Shown here one piece after another: positions 12,500 through 24,493 of a stretch of 64,000 nucleotides of DNA. The notes under the pieces were generated by a model. The model had not been told where the DNA came from, did no database searches, and saw only the letters and a list, made by a program, of their open reading frames with translations. Positions within the stretch are counted from its first letter, which is position 1; the number at the start of each line of letters is the position of its first letter. A program made the translations under genes and the position numbers. This DNA comes from Leucoraja ocellata (lineage: Eukaryota), in contig JAWMAR010000471.1 of NCBI GenBank assembly GCA_036785375.1, forward strand, positions 682,001 to 746,000. Direction: 5' to 3'.

Positions 12500-13112
12500 T
12501 AATTGGCTTGATAAAAAAAACGTTAAATTGTCCAACTTGGCGATATGCAGAGTACTGCCCTGCCTACTTCAAAATTCAGAAGGTTCAGTAGGTAATACCT
12601 GAACTGATCATCTTGTCATATTTTAACCCTCCATAACTCATCATGGTTTTGTTCGCTGCAGATGGAAAACAATTCTGCATTATCCAGTCCATCACACAAT
12701 TCACACTGTCCAATACTAGCATCATTCGTGTGAGGAGAGTTGCATACTCCCCAGTTTAAATTGATCCTTAATTCATTATTTCGAAAAATAATATCCCTGT
12801 TCCTGTGCTGTACAGCTCCGTGGAGTTTTTTTTCTGTGAATTCCTTAGGTCGAGTGCAGGAAACATGGCACTTCTTTCTTAGGTCAAATCGTTCTTCAGA
12901 ATGATCTATCCCCAAACATTTACAGCCGATCAGACCCATTCAATTCGTTCTATCATCTTGCACATCAACATTCGTGATATCTCAACAGGATTAATACATT
13001 GAGAAGATTTCGCCCTAATATCTGGAATAACACCAAAAGCTTTTCACCTCTGTGTTTTATGATTTAACACATTCATTTAAAGATAATCTGTTGATCAAGA
13101 ATATTTCTAGCC

Positions 13113-14160
13113 AATCCTTTGGAAGAAGCAATGAATATTAAGGCTGATTCACAAAAAAATAATATCATACTTTTATAATAATATATTAAATAGAGAATCA
13201 CCCTCAACAGAAGCATTAAGGGAAGATTGGGAACATGAGTGAATGATAAAGATCCCGAAGGATAGATGGGAAAAGTATTTGATGAATACACATAACTGTT
13301 CTATTAATGCAAGACATAATTTAATTCAGTTCAAATTATTACATAGACTATATTATTCAAAAACGAGGTTGAATAAATTTTATCCAAACGTCTCTCCCAG
13401 ATGCGATAAATGTTTGTTTCAAAACGCTAATATAACACATTCATTTGTAGGATGTACAAAGTTGAATAAACTCTGGAGTGATATATTTGATATATTTACA
13501 AAGCTTTTCAAGTCAAGAATAGAACCCAAAACGGAATGGATTATATTTGGAATAATAGGAGAAGATACCAATTTAAATAAAGATCAAAATGTTTTTTTTT
13601 AATTATGGGTTAATAATTGGAAAGAAATTGATACTTAAATTTTGGAAAAATACAACCATACCAACTGTTAAAATGTGGATTAGGAATAAGATGGACATAG
13701 AACGCCTTGAAGAAATGAGACTCCGACTAATAGATAAATATGACCAATTCTTAAGGAGTTGGTCTCCTTTCATCGACTTTTTGGAATCATGTGATGCAGC
13801 GGTACCGTAAAGATTGCTGATTTCAGTTCATGACGCGGAAAGATCTACATCTCCGAATACAGATTTGAAAATTTATCTTTTAAGGGGCCTTCACTTCTAT
13901 TTCTACTTTCCACTTTCTCTCTTTCTTTTTTATTTTTTATATACACACTTTACGTTTTTCTACTCTCTACCATCTATTTTTCCACTTTTTCCTCTTTCTA
14001 TTGTTTTCTTTTTCTTGACTTGCTTACTTCCTTCTCATAACATAAAACTAGAGGTTGTACATAGAATGGATTACGGTATTACATAGTTGGCACCTAATAT
14101 TACGTTCCACTGTACTGTTTTGTGCTGTATTAACTTCTAATAAAATAAACAACAAAAAAA
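13113..14160 (+). mobile_element. 5'-truncated L1-clade LINE with 16-bp TSD
   Basis: ORF2 C-terminus (QFKLLHRLY...RCDKC...HSFVGC, CCHC knuckle), AATAAA plus A-rich tail, TSD aagaatatttctagcc at 13097-13112 and 14161-14176; absent from the other units. Confidence 0.93.
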
Positions 14161-14627
14161 AAGAATATTTCTAGCCGTTGTATATTTCCAGTCAGTTGTC
14201 ACATTACACATTATATTCGCCTATTCTTTACTTCATGAAATGCCAACAGTTGCAATACATTAATGCTGCTGTTGTAGCTGAATTGTATACGATGTCGTCT
14301 AGAAGGTTCCCTGTGGTTTACATCATTTAGACCCTGCCACAAAATCATTATCTTTCCTTTTGAAAGGCAGCTCCACGGATAATGCAAGATGAAATTATTA
14401 ATGGGTGCATATTAAATGAAGGGAACGGTGTCTGGAAAATGCATTGCAAATGCTACAAGTAATATACTGTATTACATCGTAGCATGTGTGGATAAATGCT
14501 ACATGACACGAATTTTGCTGCATCTGTGTGCCACGCGTTAAAATTTAAAAATAGAATGTTCACTCGTATTTTACAGTTCCTTAGTTCTGTTGGTGCTCAG
14601 CTGGTGCCGGAGTAGTGAGCGGTCGCA

Positions 14628-14744
14628 TAATGAGTTTGATCGCTTTGCATCACCTGGGAGCAAACTATTTGTTCAACGGTCCACAATAAATGTCCGCGGG
14701 GAGGTGAACGCACGCAGTCCTTAATTTTTTTCTAAGAATATAAA
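14628..14744 (+). promoter_or_regulatory. Putative GPCR promoter: TAATGA, EBF-like TCACCTGGGA, TATAAA
   Basis: TAATGA 14628-14633, TCACCTGGGAG 14650-14660, TATAAA 14739-14744 (~80 bp before ATG); same layout at 33678-33795, 48483-48599 and 63335-63451. Confidence 0.5.
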
Positions 14745-15039
14745 TATAGCGCTGTTTGACTTCTCACTTTGACTCCTATAAGTTTTGCACTGCATAACTG
14801 CGGACGGCTTGAAGGAAAAATGGGTTGGAAGCGGCACTTGGAAGTTGAATATTATTATTATCCAATTCTGGCAGCAATCGGAGTACCCGGTAGGTCAAGG
14901 GAACGCTGTAAGTAGAACTGAGATGTGGGGTGATGTGTTGATAAAGACAATGTCAAAGGTAAAGTGTAAATAGTGTGCGAAACACGGGAATGCTAGACTG
15001 CAATCTTCAGGTTAGGGCGGTATTAACTAGAAAATGTTT

Positions 15040-15203
15040 GTTTAAGAAATTACTGCAGTTGCTGGAGAAATCGAAGCAAGACAAAAATGCTGGAGAATTA
15101 GACAGCGGGTGAAGCGGCATCTAGGAAGCGAAAGAATAGGTGACGTTTCGGGTCGAGACTGATCAGTCTGAAGAAGGGTCTCGACCCGAAACGTCACCTA
15201 TTC
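15040..15203. mobile_element. Penelope-like element terminus with inverted repeat and minimal hammerhead ribozyme core
   Basis: Perfect 26-bp inverted arms 15134-15159 and 15178-15203; CTGAAGA-a-gggt(ctcg)accc-GAAAC-GTC core at 15168-15195. Confidence 0.7.
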
Positions 15204-15419
15204 CTTTGTTAAGCTACTTGATCGTTGGTCGTTTATTGGATCTGGCACAGGTTAATTCTCTTCAGGTTTAGGTGCATTGTTGTCATGTATTTCCGGGAGC
15301 TGCAAAAAGCTATGGTTTGCAAGAAATCAAAATTAGATCAAATAATATTAAATAACAGTACAAACAATTCAATCTCAGTAACAGGTAGTGTAAAAGGGGA
15401 AATCGGAGTGCAGAGCGTA

Positions 15420-16050
15420 GTTCAAGTTTGGGAGCGCACTGCAGCGTATCACATCCACAAAGCCCAATGTCCGCAAGGGGATACAGGTGAAACGGCAATG
15501 CCCTGGCATATGGAAGAGCGGCTCAGAAGCCTGACAACAGAGGGGAAAGAGCTGTTCTGGAGTGTGGTGGAGCGAGCTTTAAGCCTTCTCCATTTTCTGC
15601 CCGACGAGAGCAGGAAGTAGAAGGAGTGAGCGGGGTGAAACATGTCTCCGTTTCCAATGGATTGTGAAGTGCGAACGCAGTCAACAGTGCGGAGTCCATT
15701 TCGTGATATGGACCCGGCGTCTTCCAGAACCCTGTGCAATTTATTCTTTATGGGGCATAGATGGCCCCACAACAAGCTTTGTGCGGCACCGTTGTTGAGA
15801 ATTATTGTGGAAGGGTGTTACCACTAATTCTCTCGGTTTATTCTTTAGGAAGTTGAGTATCCATTCGCAAGCTGGTGCACTGATCGCTGGGCTCTGGAGT
15901 TTATCAATGGGTTTGGATGGGAGTAGTGTTGAAGGCAAGTTCTCCAGCGGAGAAATGGGAATCCGACTTTCGACCCCTTGTTGCCCGGCTGTTCCCGGGA
16001 AGGGTTTAGGTCCAGGACGATGGCGTCTGATGCGGACATGTTGCTGCAAT
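15420..16050 (-). mobile_element. Degenerate Rex1-type LINE in the GPCR intron (also ~34470-35100 and ~49280-50236)
   Basis: HPAHSFYFLLSSGRKWRRLKARSTTLQNSSFPSVVRLL and IDKL...CEWILNFL on the minus strand; copy 3 additionally has NVSVNKTKELVIDFRK. Confidence 0.7.
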
Positions 16051-17835
16051 ATGCAGTCTGCGGTGCATCACGGGTGGCTGGGAGACAGCTCACGCTACCT
16101 GCGTAGACCGCTGCTAATTAATCCGCACAGCTCCTTAGCACGCACACAGGTTTGCATGTGGGCAGTTGTTTTCGAACAAATAAGCAAAACGTAACCCAAG
16201 ATTGACCCCCGCCTCCAAATTTGCATCACGTGTCCCTTACTTGTAAGTACAGCTTTCTCTTTTCTACACCCGCAGTGAACTTGCTGGCAATTGTGATCCT
16301 GGCCCGCAGAAATTGTGGTCTCTCCAAATGCACCACTCGGTACCTGGTGGCCATGGCGACGGCGGACCTCTCTGTGATTGTCTGCGACGTGATATTAAAT
16401 CGGATTGCCGACCTTTACTGGATGAAAACATTCCTCTTCCACAATACTGTGTGCAGGTTCATTATGTTCCTCGCTCCCGCGGCCGTTGCCTGTTCTGTGT
16501 GGCTCACGGTTGCTTTCACATTTGATCGCTTTGTGGCCATTTCCACTCAGACTCTGAGAACCAGATACTGCACTGAGAGAACCGCGCTGGTGGTTATAGT
16601 GACCATAACTGCGTTCTTCTGTTTACAGAACGTCCCCTGGCCTTTTGCGTACAATTATTATTTCAGGGATCGGCAGGGTATACAGTGGGGTTGCCTAATA
16701 CGATATCAGTTGTATAGCCTATCCTCGTGGATAGTTTTTTTCCTGGACTCAACAGCTGCTAGTCCCAGTCATTCCATTTTGTTTGATTATGCTGATGAAC
16801 GTGCTCACAGTCAGACGCATTTTAGTGGCCAGTCGTGTCCGCAGAAAACTCCGCGATCTCAGTAGTGAGGACCCCGAGATCGCAAAGCGCAGACGGTCCG
16901 TAATTTTACTCCTTGCAATCTCCAGCAGTTTTATGCTGCTCTGGGGCACAACTGTGGTATATTTCGTTTTCTATCGAATTACGAATGCATTTTGGGTCAG
17001 GGGGTTTAGGAACCCATATGCAACATTTGATCAAACAGCTATTCTGCTACAACTGTTGAACACCTGCACAAACACGCTCATTTACACCGTGACACAGAGG
17101 AGGTTCAGACAGCATCTGCTCCAGGTACTCATGTACCCCTTCACCCTAACTGTAAGTTTAATAAAATCGAGAAAATCTGGTGTAAAATAACATTACAAAT
17201 CCTTGTGTGAGTAAGTGCAAAAACTAGGTAATGAAGGAGTTTTCGCTGAAATCTTTCTGCATCAATTTTCCAAAAAATAGCTTAGAAATACAAGCTGAAC
17301 GCGCCCCTTGCACTGGAATGCACATTTGGCCATCTATTTAACATACGACACGGGCTCGTTGTTCAAAGTGCCCAATGGGAAGGGCGGCCATGTGGAACCG
17401 AGTGCTATGTTGTACTGGAGCAGACCTCCAATGATTCCGGAATTGAGCCTCGCCGTTAACTGTTTCCACATTCCTTTGAATCCAGCGGCAAAGTCTCCAG
17501 CACGTGATGAAAACAGACATAGTTATGGTCCTAAACATTGCATGCTCCATTACTCTACACTTCTTTGAGACGTTCCATAGTTACTTGTGTAAATGCCCAG
17601 TGCACCACTGTGTTCCATAAAATTACTGCTGCAACATTTACATTAATGAGAGTTCCATTTTATATTTGTTTCTCGCACTGAATGTAATGCCTCGTTGCTT
17701 CTTACTGAGGTTTTCGGTTTCCATTGCAATTCTTAATTCTGCACCAGATGCAGCCAAAGGTAGTGGGTGCCGTTAAAACAATTTGGCATTACTAACTATA
17801 TGTTTTAATGGAAGCAGAGTGTCACAAGCGGGAGT

Positions 17836-17849
17836 CCAGTAGAGGGCGG
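17836..17849 (+). promoter_or_regulatory. CTCF-like site downstream of GPCR copy 1
   Basis: CCAGTAGAGGGCGG; paralogous sites at 36893-36906 (CCAGTAAACGGCTG, degenerate) and 52021-52034 (CCAGTAGATGGCTG). Confidence 0.55.
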
Positions 17850-17920
17850 TAAAGTGAGTAAGTTCGCCTGTGTGGTAAGCCAGAGAATCTGAATCGTTTT
17901 GCATTAATGCCCAACGTCAA

Positions 17921-20900
17921 CTAGCTTATCCTTTGATAATGTTGCATGTTTCTATCAGACCCCCCCCCCCCACCCCCTCATCTTTCTAAACTCCAGTGAA
18001 TCCAAGCCCAGTCTTTTCAATCTTTCCTTATATCACAGTCACGCCATCTCAGGTATCTATCTCGTGAACCTACGCTGAATGCCTCATTCACAAGGATATC
18101 CTTCCTCAATTTAGGACACCAAAACTATGCACAATACTCCAGATGTGGTCTTACCAGCGGTCTATACAACTGCAGAAGAACCCCTTTCCTGCGATACTGA
18201 AATCCTCTTGTTATGAAGGCCAACATTCCATTTGCTCTCTTCACTGCCTCCTGTAGCTGCACGCCAACGTTCAATGACTAGTGTACAAGGACACCCAGGT
18301 CTCGCTGCACCTCCCCCTTACTAAACCCTAACCTCATTGAGATAATAATCTGCTACCTTGTTGTTTCCGGCAAAGTGGATAATCTCACATTTAGTTATAT
18401 TATACTACACCTGCCACGCAACTGCCCATTCACTCAACCTGTCCAGGTCACCCTACAACCTCCTAACATCCTCTTCACAGTTCACACTGCCACGCAGATT
18501 TGTTTCATCCGCAAACTTGCTAGTGTTGCTCCTCATTACCGCTTCCAAATCATTAATATATGTTGAAAATTTGCGGCCCCAACACCGAGCCTTGAGGCAT
18601 CCACTCGCCACTACCTGCCATTCTGAAAATGACCCGTTCACCCCTACTCTCATCTTCATTTCTGCCAACCAATGTTCTATCCATGTCAACACCCTAACCA
18701 CAATACCATGTGCTCTAATTTTAGTCACCAGTCTCCCGTGCTGCACCTTATCAAATACTTTCTGAAAGTCTAGATAATCTACATCCACTGGATCCCCTCC
18801 AACCATTTTACTTGTAACACCGTCAAAAAATTCCCGAAGATTAGTCAAGCATGATTTCCATTCTCATAAATCCATGTAGACTTGGACTAATCCGTTTGCT
18901 ATCCAACTGCCCCATTATTACCTCTTTATTAATTGACTCCAGCATCGTATCAACCATCGAAGTCAGGTCTGTATTTCCCCGTTTTCTCTCTCACTCCTTT
19001 CTTGAAAAGTGGGATAAGGAAGACATATATAATTTACCGGGGGATCGGGGGTCAAATAAGATGGAGGAGCGAAGGGAAATGCATGTTAGTCGAGAAGTGG
19101 TGTTAGGTAAATTGAATGGATTAAAGGCCGATAAATCCCCAGGCTGCATCCCAGAGTGCTTAAGGATGCATCCCCAGAAACAGTTGATGAATTAGTGATA
19201 ATTGTTTTAAACTCGTTAGATTCTGGAGTAGTTGCTGAGGATTGGAGGATAGCTAATGTAACCCCACTTTTTAAAAAGGAACGGAGAGAGAAAACGGGAA
19301 ATTACAGACCAGTTAGTCTCACATCGGTAGTGGGGAAAATGCAAGAGTCAGTTATTAAAGATGGGATAGCAACACATTTGGAAAGTGGTGACATCATTGG
19401 ACAGTCAGCATGGATTTATGAAAGGTAAATCATGTCTGACGAATCTTATATAATGTTTCGAGGATGTAACTAGTAGAGTGGGTAAGGGAGAACCAGTGGA
19501 TGTATTATATCTGGACTTTCAGAAGGCTTTCGACAAGGCCCCATATAAGAGATCAGTATGCAGCCTTAAAGCACACGGTATTGGGGCTTCAGTATTGATG
19601 TGGATAGAGAACTGGCTGGCAGACATTAAGCTAAGTGTTGGAGTAAACGGGACCTTTTCAGAATGGCGGGCACTGACTAGTGAGGTACCACAAGGCTCAG
19701 TGCTGGGACCGCAAATATTTACAGTACATATTAATGATTTGGACGAGGGAATTGAATGCAACATCTCCAACTTTGCGGATGACACGACGCTGCGGGGCAT
19801 TGTTCCCTGTGAGGAGGATGCTAGGTGGCTGCAGTGTGACTTTGACAGGTTGGGTGAGTGGGCAAATGCATGGCAGATGTAGTATAATGTGGATAAATGT
19901 GAGGTTATCCACTTTGGTGGTAAGAACAGGAAAGTAGACTGAATGGTGGCCGATTAGGAAAAGGGGCGATGCAACCAGACCTGGGTGTCATGGTACACCA
20001 GTCATTGAAAGTGGGCATGAAGGTGCAGCAGACAGTGAAGAAAGCGAATGATATGTTAGCATTCATAGCAAAACGGTTTTCAGCATAGGAGCAGAGAGGT
20101 TCTACTGCAGTTGTACAGGGCCTTGGTGAGACCACACCTGGCGTATTGCATACAGTTTGGTCTCCTAAGCTGAGGAAATACATTCTTGCCATGGAGGGAG
20201 TACAGAGAAGGTTCACCAGACTGATTCATGGGATGGCAGGTCTGCCATATGAAGAAATACTGGATAGACTCGGCTTGTACTCGCTAGCATTTAGAAGATT
20301 GAGGGACGATCTTATAGAAACGTACACAATTCTTAAGGGGTTGGACAGGTTAGATGCAGGAAGATTGTTCACGATGTTGGGGGAATCCAGAACAAGGGGT
20401 CAGAGTTTAAGTATAAGGGTGATGTCTTCTAGGACCGAGATGAGAAAAAAGAAATCACACTGAGAGTGGTGAATCTGTGGAATTCTCTGCCACAGAAAGT
20501 AGTTGAGGCCAGTTCATTGGCTATATTTAAGAGGGAGTTGGATGTGGCTCTTGTGGCTAAAGGGATCAGGGGGTATGGAAAGAAGGCACGTACAGGATAC
20601 TGAATTGGATGATCAGCTATGATCATATTGAACGACGGTGCAGGCTCGAAGGGCCGAATGGCCTACTCCTGCACCTATTCTCTATGTTTCTATGTTTCTA
20701 TAACATTACCTATACTTCCATCCGCAAGAACAGACCGTGAATCTATTGAACATTGGACAATGGTCACCAATGCGTCCACTATTTGTAGAGCCACCTCCCT
20801 GCGGACCCTGGGATGCAGACCTTCGGACACAGGGGATTTATTATCCTTACGTATTATTAGCCTACCCAATTCTATTTCTCGCCTAAATAAAAATAATGTC

Positions 20901-22480
20901 AGTTCCTCTACCCCCTTAGATCATCTGTCCTCCAGCACACATGGGAGATTGTTTGTGTCTTCTTCAGTGGAGACAGATCCGAGGTACCAGTTCAACTATT
21001 CTACCATTTCATTATTACCCATAATAATTTCACCCGTGTCTGTCTTCAAGGGACCCACATTTGACGTTGCTACTCTTTTTCCCTTAATATATCTAAAGAA
21101 GCTTTTATAGTCCATCCTGATATTCCTGGCCAGCTTCCCCTCACACTTCATCTTCTCAGCCCTTATTGCCCGTTTTGTTTCCTTCTGTTGTCCTATGAAA
21201 GTTTCCCAATGCTATAGCTTCCCGCCAGTTTAACTCCTGCTGAAAATTACACGCTACATCCGGGCTACTGTTTTGGGAGGTTTGTAGAAAGCACCAATTA
21301 GTGTCTTCTTGTCTTTATAATTCTTCAACTGAAACCACAGTGACTCTGCCACGTAAGTCCCTATGTCTTCCCTCGCAAGGTATTGAATTCCATCCCTCAA
21401 CAGCAGAGATACACACACCCCCCCCCTCCCCACCACCCCCCTCCTCTGCCCACCTGACTGTCCAATCTTTAGGATGTAGAAATTACATTCCTAGGCCCGA
21501 TCCTCCTGCAGACACGTCGCAGTAACCCCCACAACGCCATATCTACCAACCTCTAACTGAGCCTCAACCTCATCTCCTTTACTTCTTATACTTCGCGCAT
21601 TCATATACAATACTTTTAATTCCTTACGCATCTCACCTTTCCCGTCGATCCCTATTACACTTGGCCATAGTCTCCTATCATTTGTGAGCTATCTTTCCCG
21701 TTAATCCTGGGGGTCATTAACTACCCATTTACTCTCTTTCCCTTTTTATCCCATTTGACACCCCACCCCCATTATTCAGTTTGAAACCCACCTGTGTAGC
21801 AGTGGCAAAGCTGCCTGCCAGAATGCTGGTGTCCCACTTGTTAAGGTGCAATCAGTCCCTTTAGTACAGTTGTGCCTTACTCCAAAACAGACCCCAGTGG
21901 TCTAAGAATCTAAATCCCTGCCTCCTGCAACAGGTCCTCAGCCACATATTCAGGTCCTGTATCTCCCTGTTCTTGCTCTCGCCAGCACGAAGAACTGGAA
22001 GCAAACCGGAGTCAAACACCCTGGAGATCCTGCTTTTCCGAGCTTCTAAAGTCCTGCTAAATAATATTCATCCCCTTCTTTCCAACATCGTTTGTGCCGA
22101 CATGCACTACCACTTCCGGCTGTTCACCTACGCCCTTGAGGATTTGCTGTACTCTGTCCGTGACAACCTGGATCCTGGCACCAGGGAGGCGACGCTCCAT
22201 CCTCGAATCCCGTCTGTTGCCGCAGAAACCCCTGTCCGTACCTCTCATAATGGAGTCTCCAACTACCACGGCGTTGCCAGACGTCGGCCTCTTTGGTTTT
22301 GGCTCAACAGCACTTTTTGCTTCGCAAGCCACTCCGCCGATCAGTGTGTTAACGGGATCTGTCCCGACAGCTTCTAAGTGGGTGAGCCTGTTCTCAAGAG
22401 GTAAAACACCCAGGGACGTTTGCAATCCATGTTTCCTTCCCTTTCTCACTGTCACCCACCTTCTCTCTTCAAGTACCTTG
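17921..22480 (-). mobile_element. Long degenerate CR1 (ORF1 esterase to RT) interrupted by a plus-strand CR1
   Basis: RT motifs at 18453-18848(-); ORF1 GDS...HVGTND at 22057-22480(-); host sequence gggataa|...|taacatt resumes at 20701. Confidence 0.85.
19018..20700 (+). mobile_element. 5'-truncated CR1 (family B) nested antisense in the previous element
   Basis: NYRPVSLTS, DFQKAFD, FADD, (ttctatgt)n tail; same junction at ~38062 and 53222. Confidence 0.9.
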
Positions 22481-23604
22481 GAAACACAGAAACATAGAAA
22501 CATAGAACATAGGTGCAGCAGTAGGCCATTCGGTCCTTCGAACCTGCACCGCCATTCAATATGATCATGACTGATCATCCAACTCTGTATCCCATACTTT
22601 CCTTCTCTCCATACCCCCCTGATCCCTTTAGCCACACGGTCCACATCTAAATCCCTCTTAAATCTAGCCAATGAACTGCCCTCAATCATCTTCTGTGGCA
22701 GAGAATTCCACAGATTCACCACTGTGTAAAAAATGATGTTCTCCTCTCGGTCCTAGGTTTAGTTACCTGCAGCAAAAAATGGAGACTGATGAAATCAACT
22801 TTTATAGAAATATAATCTGATAACAAAAGTATTTTGGGGACAACATGTGTTTTCCTTCAGCTGCTTGCGCCAGTTGTGATCTCCATTGGGATCGGTGTCC
22901 ATTTGTGACTGTGGCGCCACTTTCCACAGCAATCTGTTCTGAACTAGATTTACCAACAAACTCTGCATCCATCGTATCCAGCCGCCTCGCCTCCAACTGA
23001 ATGGCAATAGCTCTACTATTCCGGTCCTCGACGCTTCCCCCTGATCACACTATTCTACTCTAAACCCATCTCTGATTGCTCATGTAAGCGCTCATGTTAA
23101 AAATCTGCTTAATATAATTAGTTTACAATGTACATTAAAGATTCACTCTTCACCAGTTGCAGCCAACGGCGGCGGATGGTGTTTATACAATCAAGGGAAT
23201 CTAATTATATTTCAAGGAAGCAGAGTCCAGTAGTCGGGTGCGTTAAAGCGAGAAGGTTCGCGTTTGTGATTGGTCATAGAGCAAATTGGTCTTGCATTTA
23301 TCTCCCAAGCCATTACCCCAGCGCAGACGCTGCAGTTCTGCTGATGCAGAGTGTTGAGAATGAAAACAAGGGGAAACAGCTTGAAAGGATGATTCTCAGA
23401 CTCGTGTGCATCGTGCGTAGAACTCCGCAGTTGGGAAGACATTGAGAATGATAGAGGATGCTTCCAATTAAATTGTAACTGATTACACAAATAAGGAATC
23501 TTTCTGCTGTTAGTGCCAGCTAAGATATTTATGAGGATTATGGTTTGACTTTTGACTTGGCGGAAAATTCTGCACAATCTTTCCATAACATCATTTACAA
23601 TCAA

Positions 23605-24147
23605 CCTACCTTGTAAACCTGTGCTGCACTCCCTCAGTTGCAAGAATGTCCTTCCTCAAATTAGGGGACCAAAACTGCACACAATACTCCAGGTGTGCTC
23701 TCGCTAGGGCTCTGCACAACTGCAGAAGGACCTGTTTGCTCCTATATTCGATTCCTCTTGTTATAAAGGCCAACATGCCATTCGCTTTCTTCACTGTCTG
23801 CTGTTCCTGCATGCTTACTTTCATAGACTGATGTACAAGGACCCCCAGATCCCGTTGCACTTGACGCAATTTAGATAATAATTTGCCTTCCTGTTTTTGC
23901 TACCAAATTGGATAACCTCACATTTATCCGCATTAAACTTCATCTGCCATGCATCTGCCCACTCCCCCAACCTGTGCAAGTCACCCTGCATTCTCGTAGC
24001 ATCTTCCTCACAGTTCACACTGCCATCCAGCTTTGTGTCATCTGTAAATTTGCTAATGTTACTTTGAATCCCTGCATCTAAATCATTGATGTATATTGTA
24101 AATAGCTGCGGTCCCAGCACCGAGCCTTGCGGTATCCCACTAGTCAC
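23605..24147 (-). mobile_element. CR1 RT internal fragment, unit 1 only
   Basis: [10 protein letters not shown]...SKFTDDTKL; replaces the segment containing the SINE seen in units 2 and 3. Confidence 0.85.
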
Positions 24148-24493
24148 TGAAACGAGAAGCTGCGTCGCCTTACCGGCCCTCTATCGGCCTCCTCCCATCG
24201 TGTGCGGGCGAGCCGGGACTACAGGCTGAGTTCCCGCGCGAGGCGCTTGTCCTCCCTCCTCGGTCTGCAGCGGGCGAACCAGGCATACTGGGCCGGTCAT
24301 CATTGATAGGCGATTGAGGTCTGGCCTAGCCGGTGATACTCTGTCGGCGGTGCCCTGCCTACTGCTGGGTTTGGCCGCGGCTATATCACATTTGGCCGCG
24401 CTTTAGCCACATTCGAAACGCATGCAGGTTTGCCGTTTAATTGGTCTCTGTAATTGTTCCTATGTGAAGGAGGGAGGTTGTGTGCGGGTACTT

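Larger units (their letters stand above)
14820..17190 (+). pseudogene. GPR139/142-like GPCR copy 1 (exon1 14820-14889, exon2 16276-17190), +1 frameshift
   Basis: MGWKRHLEVEYYYYPILAAIGVP|VNLLAIVIL; GT-AG phase-1 intron; exon 2 is 915 nt versus 914 in intact copies because of a 7-T run at 16735-16741; otherwise uninterrupted, so it may be an assembly error. Confidence 0.8.

Noticed and set aside
12616-12939. Recurrent minus-strand ORFs (GCKCLGIDH...) at 12616, 32882, 47687 and 62539
   Set aside because: They recur only because of the duplication; frames and ends differ between copies and no domain is recognisable
15225-16194. Plus-strand intronic ORFs conserved in copies 1 and 2
   Set aside because: Antisense to a Rex1 relic; not preserved in copy 3
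17574-17612. CACTGTG/CACAGTG heptamers near GPCRs (17606, 21337, 22720, 44637) as RSSs for GPCR rearrangement
   Set aside because: No convincing nonamer seen at 12 or 23 bp, most lie inside retroelements, and none abuts an exon
23128-23643. Overlapping ORFs repeated at ~39756 and ~57850 as a second gene or a decayed V in each unit
   Set aside because: No Ig motifs (WYRQ, YYC), no RSS and no consistent reading frame
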